From: Lytechinus pictus | Taxonomy: Eukaryota | Direction: 5' to 3' | Length of the DNA: 64,000 nucleotides | Assembly: GCF_037042905.1 (NCBI RefSeq) | Contig: NC_087250.1 | Coordinates: forward strand, 13,270,001-13,334,000 | In this document: positions 14,271 to 24,845 of the stretch, one piece after another | Numbering within the stretch: the stretch's first letter is position 1 | How the letters are laid out: each line of letters starts with the position of its first letter | Translations under genes and position numbers: made by a program | The notes under the pieces: model-generated | Databases searched by the model: none | What the model was told of the DNA's origin: nothing | The model's input: only the letters and a program-made list of their open reading frames with translations

Positions 14271-14861
14271 GAAAGGGCCTGCCGTGTAAGTAAAAAGAAA
14301 ATTGACACTTCACAAATCCCCAATTTAAGGAAAAAATATGTCATAAACGCATCATGTATATGGCTGGAAAAATATCATCTCCCAAATAATAATTTTGATA
14401 CCATATTTATGTTGTATTTTTTCACGCTTGGATAATCATTGGTATTCTTTGCATCGATGTAAAAAATGTTGACTTGCGCAAAAGTAAGGCATGACTGCAA
14501 TGAATGAATCCAGGTGACAATGATGTCATGATCCCACCTGAGTTAGTAAAAATACTTTATGCAAGTCCCTTTTCAATGAAGTTAACTTATGAATTGATAC
14601 AATATGTGTTTATTAAACAATGATAATACCCTTTCATGCGATACATTATGATTGTGTGCCATGACATATTTTTTTTCTTAAATAGGGAATTTGTTAAGTG
14701 TCTAGTTTATGTTTTTACTCAAACTGTATATTGATTGCTTGTACTAAAAATCTGGATTTTTTTTTTTATTAAAAATCCACCTATGAGACATGATTGGCTT
14801 ACATGTATGTACACTTTGTTTGGAAGGGTGAAATAATAAAATAATACAATACATTTCACAG

Positions 14862-15039
14862 GTACACATTCACTGTCAAGTGATGGTGTGTGGAAATGAC
14901 GAGGCCATTATGAATCGACAGTGCTCTGGTAATCCCGCGGGACGCAAAGGTCGATCTCCTTCATTCCTGTCCACTCAAACGATCAGTAGTTTGCCGATTC
15001 GTGTCCGCCGCTCAACCAACGATATGGCTACTAATGGCG
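14862..15039 (+). CDS. EGF-ZP domain protein, ZP-C end, furin site and EHP exon
   Basis: ttcacag acceptor; VHIHCQVMVC...RKGRS...TISSLPIRVRRS; weak GTTGGG donor at 15040 gives phase 1, matching the next exon. Confidence 0.85.
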
Positions 15040-16159
15040 GTTGGGGACAGAGTTTACAAAAGTACTAAACTTTCCCTATGTCACTATCAGCATGGTCAGG
15101 TCAATAGCATCATTTTTCCCCACGAAACATGGTGTTGAAAAATGCATCTTCATACAAAAATACGCTACTTTATGTAAATTAGCAGTAATTTATGCATGAA
15201 ACTATACTAGTATGCCAGTAGGTGAAATTAGTGAAATGGAATAATAGTAACAGAAACCAAACTTTAGGAAAGTCTCTATCAGATCGATAGCTTTAATTTT
15301 CCCTATAAAACATGCTTTTGAAATCCTGTCTTCATGCAAAATATGCTACTTTATGTAAATTTTCAGTAATGTAATGGATGTGTACATGTAAATTAGTCGC
15401 ATTCCAATGAGTATAAGTAAATAGAATAGTGGAAAAGGGCCAAACTTTTAGAATACCCGTATTAGCTCAAAGGCGTCAATTTTTTTCAGCTAAACATGCT
15501 ATTGAAAATCCTGTTTCCAATCAAAAGTATACTAATCTATGTAATTTTCAATTCAATTCAAGGCTTTAATCCAGACACAGCTGCATATGCAGAGGTTCAT
15601 ATCAACTAATAACATACATGTAATATACATCAAGACAAACATACAAAGATAATACTGGAATAAACAAAGAACAAATAAAGTATAAACAGTCAAAAAGGAG
15701 AAAAACAAATCACACTAATAACTAGGAACAAACAATGAATACCTAAAACAAGTGGTTAAGCAGTAAGTGAATAGTACAATGGAAATATTTACATATGGCA
15801 AAATGAGTAACTTGTCTCGAAAAAGACAAAGATACAGACTAATATTAGTAGACCACTAATTACTTATGACTCTGCTAACAAATTGTCATACCAACGCTTC
15901 ACTGGCACTTACACTGGCGTATGTAAATAAGCAATAATTTATGTATGAAGCTGTATTCCAATAGTACAGAGAAAAAGGGCCATAATTTTTAAGAAAGCCT
16001 ACACCTTCCCCATAAAATATGTATGCTATTGATTTCATTCAAAAATATGCCAATTAATTTCGCTAATTATGATAATATGCTAGTTTTTTTAGCAAATGGA
16101 AATAATTCTGCATTAATAAGTGCTGCTTAATGAAGCAACTTTGGTGCAAATTCATCGGG

Positions 16160-16447
16160 GGGGGGGGCAGAAGGCTCGTTGAACGGCTGTCCATTTTCAG
16201 TTTATGGTATTTCCCGTAGGAACTCGGCAGGACAGCATTTTGCTGGTAAATGCCAAGCTGGTATATAAGCAATTACCTAGGAAACATTTTACGTCTAGGT
16301 TAATCAGTCATAGTAGCTGACCTTATAGACGACAGATATTACTCTCGGGCCTTTTTTATCAAAGTGGAGACAATGGCAAAGTGGGGATTCGAACTCACAG
16401 TCTTGCGATTATGAGTCGAATGCTCTAACCATTGGACCACACTACCC
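16160..16447 (-). mobile_element. tRNA-derived SINE
   Basis: A box (GTGGTCCAATGGTTAGAGC) and B box (GAGTTCGAATCCC) followed by a body shared with 39054-39310. Confidence 0.8.
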
Positions 16448-17006
16448 GTTTTAAATCATGTCCCCCATACTCACTATACAGACACACTGGCGTAAATCCG
16501 GTCCGAGCAGGGGGGGGGGGGTGATAGCAATATATTGACCTGAACATTCAAAACTTTGGAGACACCCCCACACCAAGGGCTAGGTATATGGCGGTACATA
16601 ATCATGTACATAATGCTACTATCTGTCAGTTAAAGGCTTGTAACGATTTTCTCGATGACTATAAAGTAAAGAATTACAGTTGTATTAATATGCATGCGAG
16701 ATAGCAAATTTTCAGTAGTAGGGGGACAAAATGGTGTCCAAAAATCTCTTTCAATTTATGTAATAATCGCATCATCATGGGCAATATATGCGTAGGCATA
16801 TACTGTAAATGTGTACATTATGCTATCTCCTTTCACTTAAAGGCCTATCTTTTTTTTTCGATGATTATATTGTAATGGATTTGTTGGGATGTAAAGTAAT
16901 GAATTATAGTAAATATCAATATCGGCAGCTTTACCATGATGATGGATCGTAGACCCTGAAATCATTCAAGCAGCAAGCAACGAGTCTGACCGTGGCTATA
17001 CTTTAA

Positions 17007-17616
17007 AGGTTGAGTCCACCCCCAGATGAATTATTGATTGGAATAAAAAGAGAAAAATATTTAGCATAACGCTGAAAATTTCATCAAAATCGGATGTAAT
17101 ATAAGAAAGTTATGGCATTTTTTAAGTTCCGCTTGTTTTTCACAAAACAAAAACAGTGATATGCACAACTAAGTAACATGCAAATGAGACAGTCGATGAT
17201 TTTCCTCACTTCCTATTTCTTTTGTTTTTTATTGTTTGAATTATACAATGTTTATTTCTTTTTTACAGATTTGACAATAAGGACCAACTTGACTGAACCA
17301 CATATTAGTATCAAACAATGGTAATTCCACATGTTCAGGGAGAAATTATTTTTGTTTCACTTGACAATAAGGAGAAAATTAGAATATTTCATATTTCAAA
17401 TAATAAAATTAAGTAGATGACGTCATCAGTCTCTTTATTATTTTGTATATCGACCAGGAAGTACATAAAACTGTTTTGTGAAATTAAGCGAAACTTTAAA
17501 ATGTTATAACTTTCTTATTTTACATCTCATTTTGATGAAATACTGAGTATTTAGTGTTATGCTTGTTGGGTTTTTCTCTTTTTATTCAAACCAACTTTTT
17601 GTTATGGTCTTGTCCT
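17007..17616. mobile_element. Kolobok-like MITE
   Basis: TTAA flanks, AGG...CCT ends; close second copy at 45886-46500; related 40842-41404, 52857-53220 and 8385-8762. Confidence 0.8.
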
Positions 17617-18277
17617 TTAAGCTAGGTTACACAAGAACCGAATTCTTCCTGAAAAGTAAACTCGGATCGATTCTGCCCAAATACAGCCTGATTCAGATAA
17701 ATTCGGTAGATTTGGAACGTATTCGTCTCTGATTCGGGGAGCTCCCCGAATCAGAGACGAATAAGTCTGGAATAAGGCCCAAATCAGAGCAGAATCCCCA
17801 GGAATTGACCCGAATCGATATCGGCCGTCCCGCATAAAGTTGTATGCCAACCCCGAATAGTGGAAACAATCGAGCCAAAGGTGGCCAGAATCGAGCCAAA
17901 TATAGCCGGGATCCTCAGATTATCGCCGAATGACGACCCAAATCGGAAAGATTATGCCCGAATGCGCCGAGTACGCCACCGAATTATCCAAAGTGTGCTC
18001 TAATTAACCGAAGGCGGCTGCTATTCGGATGTCATGTTTCCGTGTTCTGGCCTATTCGGCTCACTCGTCTGTATTTTTCTCTGTATTCGGGTGGTGAAAG
18101 AGGACAATAGGATTAGCTACGTTGTCGTGTGATTTCAAGTATTCATTATATTTCCTGACCTGTTGTTATTGATTTCTTCAGTTTGTCATATTATGGTGGA
18201 CCGTAAACCTTTTCAAGAAGGTTATAATCAATTATATCAATAGAGTATGGCATCATATTTTAATTTCTATACCATAG

Positions 18278-18447
18278 ATCTGTCTGCCTACAATTCGTTT
18301 GGGATGTTCCTCATTGGAATGGTCGCAGCCGTGGTTGCCGTAGCAATCCTGATGGGCGTGGCCAAGCTAATTGGTCGTTCAACCGACATCAGCTACAAGC
18401 AAGTCCCAAGTGCATCCATGGAAGGGAATTTGAAGCAATTTGAATGA
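18278..18447 (+). CDS. EGF-ZP domain protein, terminal transmembrane and cytoplasmic exon
   Basis: ccatag acceptor, phase 1; DLSAYNSFGMFLIGMVAAVVAVAILMGVAKL is hydrophobic; short tail with YKQV; TGA stop. Confidence 0.85.
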
Positions 18448-19099
18448 CCAGAGTGGAATTCGTATTCGGAGTGACGTCACGTGGATTAGCGCGCAACTTG
18501 ACAGCCAGATGCGAAAGGTCAAGGGTCAAGCTTCAAAATGTCAGACGTTCTCTCAATTAAATCAGAAAGGTTAAAATTTGTCCAACGCTTCTAAACAACA
18601 ACTACAGAATATAGCGATTGAAAAAAAAAGCGCTGTCAATCTCCTTATATACCACTCTGGCAACACCAAAACAGCATGGTAATTCTCCTCGCTATATGCT
18701 CTTAAAAGAGCCATAATATAATAATATTCATTCAACTTAAACGATAATTGTGATTTATTTCAGTGTTTCTTCTTATCAAATGTACTTCTGGTAGACTTTT
18801 TTGTTTAGTTTTGCATCATTATCGTTTATCATAAAAGAAAGTTTGACAAACTGAATAAATCAATAAAAACAGGTTAGGAAATTAATGAACTTCGGGGAAA
18901 ATATAACGATTTCCGAAACAAAGTGAATATTTTAAACAAGAATGCTATCGCAACAAAATGATTTAATAAAATGTCAGATCAAAATAAAACGTTCTTGGAG
19001 TATTGACAAATGTGTTGCCCGAGAGAAAGGTTTAAGTCAATCCAAATATAAGTACTTGAAATCACACGACAACTGACAGCCTCTTAAATAATAACAGGT

Positions 19100-20560
19100 G
19101 CGATATTTCTTAATTTGATTTTTAAAAAAGCGTTCGGCGTAATATCTAACAAAATATAGTTATTATAAAATACCATATTGTGGTGTTACGTCGGTCAGAC
19201 AGACAGCAATGTGTCTCTATTCGAGTCGTTCACAGTGATTTCTTACAGATCTATTCAGGTGTGCCGCAAGGGTATATTTTGGCCCCCTGATTGTTTGCTT
19301 ATTTCTGAATGATATTTGCAACTTGAAATTTAGTAACCAAATCAAGATTGCACTTTATGCTGACGACACGGCTCTGTTTTGTAAAGGGAATATTTCAAAA
19401 AATCTCTCAGAAAAAATTACAAAAACATTATTAATTACTGTGCAAATTGGTTCAAAATAAAATATATGGAAATGAATAAAAATAAAACCAAAGTGATGGT
19501 TTTAGCGACGAAACACAAAACTAAGTATCTAAGTATGAAAATCTTTAATGGAAGAGAATACCTTGAGAATGATTCTGATAATAAGTATTTAGACCAAAGT
19601 CTAAGTTTGACCCGGCACATCTTTAATCTACTAATAGGAAATACCGGGCTATTGCATACAGTAGAAGGATTAAATGTTACTTGAATCGATGCATTCTTAA
19701 ACACCGTTACCATGCTCATATTCTCCAACATGAATATATTGATTATTGTTTGGTTGTTTGGGGTAAGTGTAAAAAGAAAGATTTGCTCAAATTTGCAGAG
19801 GACGCGAAACAGATATGCAAGATTAGTCCTCAATCGTATCTCTATCGTACCACAAAGGATATCCTACAAATTAAACAAACTACAATTGCCAAGTATTAAA
19901 ACTCGAATAAACTACCACTCCTCTATTTTCGTTTCCAAAAAGCTCAATAACCTAGCCCCATATTATTTAGAATGTTTTGCCTGTAAACGCCCACTCTCCT
20001 ATGTCACTCGTCAAATCCGTTATCCATTCCGAAACCAAAGACAGAATTGAATTAAAAGACGATCTTTTTTCTTACATAGCTCCAAAAATCTAAAAGGCCA
20101 CCGCACACCTTACGACTGTTTGCGATCCGATTTCGGAAAAAATCGCATTTTGTTAATTTTCTGAAAATGTGAATGGAACATTATTATTTTATTTGAGGTT
20201 GAAATTAATTGAAAGAATACTAATATAACCATTTTGTAAGATTGTAAGCCTTTATTTTAGAGTAAATGCCAAATTGGTTTCAAATCGTAGCCAACCGTAC
20301 GATTGCTATGACGTCACTACGACTAGATATAAAATTAGCTTTTATTCTAAGAAGGATGTTAGCATAGTCACAGATTTGAACATAGGGATTCGTACGATGA
20401 TTTCGAACATTACACAGTAAGATATTCCAAGTCTCTACTACGTTTAATTCCAAAATTGAGTCGCAGACCAATCGCAAGGTGTGCGGTCGCCTTTAATAAT
20501 CTACCGACTCTGATACAAACAGCAACTTCATTACAAATGTTTAAAAACCAACTTGGGCCA
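19100..20560 (+). mobile_element. Degenerate CR1/L2-group LINE (RT to 3' end), interrupted by a MITE
   Basis: FKKAF, GVPQG-x-ILAP, LYADDTAL and C-terminal APKI|NLPTLIQTATSLQMFKNQL; many stops and frameshifts. Confidence 0.8.
20094..20493. mobile_element. PIF/Harbinger-like MITE inserted in the LINE
   Basis: AAGGCCACCGCACACCTT...AAGGTGTGCGGTCGCCTT TIR, TAA TSD; second copy at about 44286-45110. Confidence 0.85.
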
Positions 20561-21266
20561 CTTTCCCTATTGTTTGCTCACATGCATTGGTCATATATAT
20601 GTCTTCTGCTATAGAGTTAATTTATTATCTTTTTGTTTTGATGTTATCGTGGTGTATTTTTCTTGTTTCTGTTTGTATGTATTTGTGATATATTTTATAC
20701 ATTTATACTCGTGTCAATTTTTGTTTGCTTTAAATTGTATTTTTGTTTGTTTCATGTTATCTATTTTGATTTCTTCTATGTTATGTGCTTCATTCCATTT
20801 TATATTAATAATATTCATTGTCTTTTAAAGTGTCTGTTTTACAACTTCTTTATCAAGTTTACCATCTTTTCTTTTTTAGTTATGTGTTTGTTTTTATGTT
20901 TTTATGTAATTTTTTCTTATTTCAATAATATTCATTGTCTTTTGATTTGTCTTTGATTTATTTTAATCGAGGTTTCTAATTTGTTTCAATTCATTCAATG
21001 TGATAGCATTGACATGTCATGTAATTTTGTGTGTGTATTGTGTTTTGCTTTATATTAATTGTAATTCATTTATTTTGTAAATCATTCTATGTCTAAGGGG
21101 CTCTTTTGTAAAGCGGGTATTCGGTCACTGAAAGGACTATCCTGTTTTGTTTTAATAACACTGAATGAATAAATAAATAAATGCAAGACTACTGAAGACT
21201 ATGTAAGTCCTAAAATCATTGTTAGTATTAATATTCAAACATAATCGTATCATTTTATGTACAGAA

Positions 21267-21881
21267 CAGAGGCGTCGATCCTGGGGGGGCAGGGGGGGCG
21301 ATCGCCCCACCAATGAAAATATTGGGGGGGGCAAACATATCATTTTGCCCCCCCAATAATTCCGGATATGCATTTAAAAAAAAAAAAGATTGTAATGTTC
21401 AGCAAGCGAGATTGAGATACACAACTCGTTCTTTATTTAAAATCGTGCTCAAAATGTCCGCTTTTCAGATTGGAATATAAAAATTTTCAGCTCGCGCTTC
21501 GCGCTCGCATCATTTCTGTAGCAAAAACCCATACTTTTCATGATTAAATTGGTGAATGTATAAATGTCCCATTTTCAGTACTAAGCCTCAAAAGAACTGC
21601 TTCAATTTGCAATCATCTTTTCTTGGATATATAGCTTGTTCTTTATCAAAAACGTCCAGTAAACTGTCATTTTTTCAGATCGAAATATCAAAATTTCAGC
21701 TCGCGCTTCGCGCTCGCATCTATTCTCTTTTAGATACAAATCTTAATCATTGGTACCAAAAATGCTTAGAATATCAAGTTTTTAGCTCAGAATATAAAGA
21801 AATTTGAGCTCACTCTCGGCACTCGTACTATCTGTGTAGTGAGATACGTGTCTGTGTCTCATGAGTCATACATATATATAG

Positions 21882-21937
<56 letters not shown>

Positions 21938-21944
21938 ATATATA

Positions 21945-22008
<64 letters not shown>

Positions 22009-22078
22009 TGTACGATCGAGCGCCTTTGGAACGTTAATGATTTCGCCCCCCCATCTGAAAAATGGATCGACGCCCCTG
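21267..22078. mobile_element. hAT-like non-autonomous DNA transposon
   Basis: TIR CAGRGGCGTCGATCC, 8-bp TSD GTACAGAA, internal (TA)n/(TG)n. Confidence 0.9.
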
Positions 22079-22588
22079 GTACAGAATTAGTATGATAATC
22101 AAGAGTGACACTCCTTGACATAAACACCAACAGAAAGTAATGATTTCAAAATTTAAAATAAAAAAATAGCTGACGTCATTCTTGCCAAATGACTTTTCAA
22201 AAAATTGTTTCAATAAAATTAGGGTAGTGCAAAACAAGAACTTAAGCAATTCTGAACAAAACGATGTACTGGATAGGCCCTACAAAATATCAAAACGAGC
22301 TGATAAAAGGATGTTCTCTTTTTTTTTTCTTTTTTTTTAATATAAGTTATGAATGTACAGACATAAATTTGGGGGGATTTCTAGCGAAATAGAGAGAGAA
22401 AAGAAAAAGGACCACTATGCAGTTTTTATGTCACTTGCTCATGGACATCATGAGATTTCAAATGATATTTTTCAAGACTAACGATTCGACGAGAAGTTGC
22501 ATTTGTCAATATCAAATTTTCTTCCAACAAAATTTCCTTTTCTCAAAGAGTTTCCACTATCACTCCGACCTACAAAATTAACAACAAC

Positions 22589-22726
22589 CAGGGGCGTCGA
22601 TCCATTTATCAGATGGGGGGGGGGGCAAAATCATGAATCAACTTTCCAAAGGCGCTCGATCACACAAAACAAACAGACTCAAACACACACACACACACAT
22701 ATGCCTATATGTATATATATATAGAT

Positions 22727-22764
<38 letters not shown>

Positions 22765-23270
22765 TCTCACCAACAAATTAAATTTAAAAAAGTTTAAAAA
22801 ATAATAGATGCAAGCGCGAAGCGCGAGCTGAAAATTTTGATATTTTGATCTTTAAAAAAAAAAGTTTAATTGACGTTTTTAATAAAGAGCAAGAAATATA
22901 TCCAACAAAAGATTATTGCAAATCGAAGTGGGAGTTCTTTTGAGGTATAGAACTGAAAACGGGACATTCTATTCACCTATTCAATCATGAAAAGTATGGG
23001 TTTTGGTACAGAAATGATGCGAGCGCGAAGCGCCAGCTGAAACTTTTTTATATTCTAATCTGAAAACCGGACATTTTGAGCACGATTTTAGATGAAGAAC
23101 GAGTTGTGTATCACAATCTCGCTTGCTGATTTCTGTGTAACATTACAATCTTATTTTATTTTTTGCACATGCGGAATTATTGGGGGGGCAAAACGATGTT
23201 TGCCCCCCAATATTTTCATTGGTGGGGCGGTTGCCCCCCCCCCCCCAGCCCCCCATGATCGACGCCTCTG
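22589..23270. mobile_element. hAT-like non-autonomous DNA transposon, same family, opposite orientation
   Basis: TIR CAGRGGCGTCGATC, 8-bp TSD ACAACAAC. Confidence 0.9.
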
Positions 23271-24003
23271 ACAACAACCGCTACTACTACTACTGTTACT
23301 ACTAAATTAATGTTGTTAAAGTGATAATGATGAATACCTTACTTTATCTTGTCCAATGCTAGTAATACACCTTGTAGAAGTAATAAATAATCCTATTCAT
23401 CTGTAATTCACACTTACATCACGTACGTAAATCAAGTCTTTTCAATTTGATTTCAAATGTAATCTTTGATATAATACAGTTAGCCATTCGGGGCTTGTTT
23501 CAAAAGTCAGAAAGTAATTAATCATTATTTCGATCCTATCAAAGTTACTTTCAATCAAATAAAGTAGATTGCAAAATAACTTTTCTTTGAGTTAATTTTA
23601 TCAGTTCTTGGTGTTTACGAATTTTCTGATAAATGTCATAGTTGTTTCATCGCATTTTCTCCCATAATAAAAAATGATAGATAACATTTGCTTTATCTAT
23701 TTTTCTCCTACGTGTAAGTTCAAATATTTCATAAACATTCTCTTATGGTATGGATTATGAGTTACGAATTATCAGTAGCATTATGAAAACTATCAATATA
23801 ATTACAGTCAGAAAAAAGGTAATCCAAGTCTCGAGGGCTGATATTCGAATCTTATTCGATTTAGTGAAATTATTCTGCCTGGATATTCAACCGTTTTCCA
23901 TTCTTATTTGTGTCACGAATTAATCGATGTTGAAGACAACAGGTGCAGATACCAATCTTTCAAGTTTTAAAAATTTGATGAAAGGACAGCGGCTGGTGTA
24001 AAT

Positions 24004-24518
24004 CCCGGGGGGGCACTCGCGACCAAAAAAGTAGTAGGTCTGTGCCGCGGGCGAGACAAAAAACGGGGGCCTTGGAGCGGGCTTATTGTAAAAAGGAGGG
24101 TCCTCGGAACGGGCTTCGGAACTACAAATGTTTGTGAAAACGGGGGTCCTTGGAACGGGTCGCCTTCGCGTGAGTGCGTATTTATCCCTATGGAACGGGC
24201 ATACGTGCGCTAGCGCAGAGGCGATGGTCGGACAGCGCTTTGCGGCCGCTTTTCACCAAAATTGCGGCTTATCAATACGGCCGGAACGGCGTAACGCAAA
24301 ATATGCGAGGCTTTGGAGCGGATTTCTTTCTTCTTTTTCCTCGATAAGAAGAAAATTCTATGCTTTGCAATGGAGCGGCTTTCTTTGTTCTTTGTCTCAA
24401 TAAGACAAAAATGCTATGCCTTGGAACGGAAATTTGAGTGTAAAAATGGGGGTCCCCTCCGCGGCACATACCGGCCCACTATGCATTATATACTGAGTGC
24501 CCCCCCCCCCCCCCCGGG
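24004..24518. mobile_element. Unclassified MITE
   Basis: CCCGGG(G)nCACTC...GAGTG(C)nGGG TIR; TGTAAAT duplicated on both flanks; internal GGAACGG/GGAGCGG repeats. Confidence 0.8.
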
Positions 24519-24845
24519 TGTAAATACTCTGAAATATTTAGTTCCTAATCTGGCAACAATCCTCTGATTGTACCCTTTTTCTCCCAAAGGAGTGTAAATG
24601 GGCGAATGTACTTGCAGATGATTAATAAGGGGATATGTAGAGTTGGACCAACATTTTTAGAGACAGTTTCGAGGGGTGTACAGGCATTAATTCAGGACGG
24701 CACTCCTGCCCATCGTTCGTGATAACGTTTTATTTACCCAGGTCCCAGTGTAACCACTTCAGTTAGGAAACTGCTCTAGCTACCGCCCCCGGGTCTACTT
24801 CATGGTTGAGAGCGACAACTTGATGTCCGAAGAGTTATCTGAGTC

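Noticed and set aside
16375..16447. tRNA-Met-like gene (CAT anticodon); similar sequence at about 27685-27750
   Set aside because: Acceptor stem does not pair and the sequence runs into a body shared with other copies, so these are SINE heads
20553..20956. Hydrophobic membrane-protein-like ORFs
   Set aside because: T-rich low-complexity tail after the LINE
21828..22130. HT/YI/CV dipeptide-repeat ORFs
   Set aside because: (TA)n/(TG)n microsatellite inside a MITE
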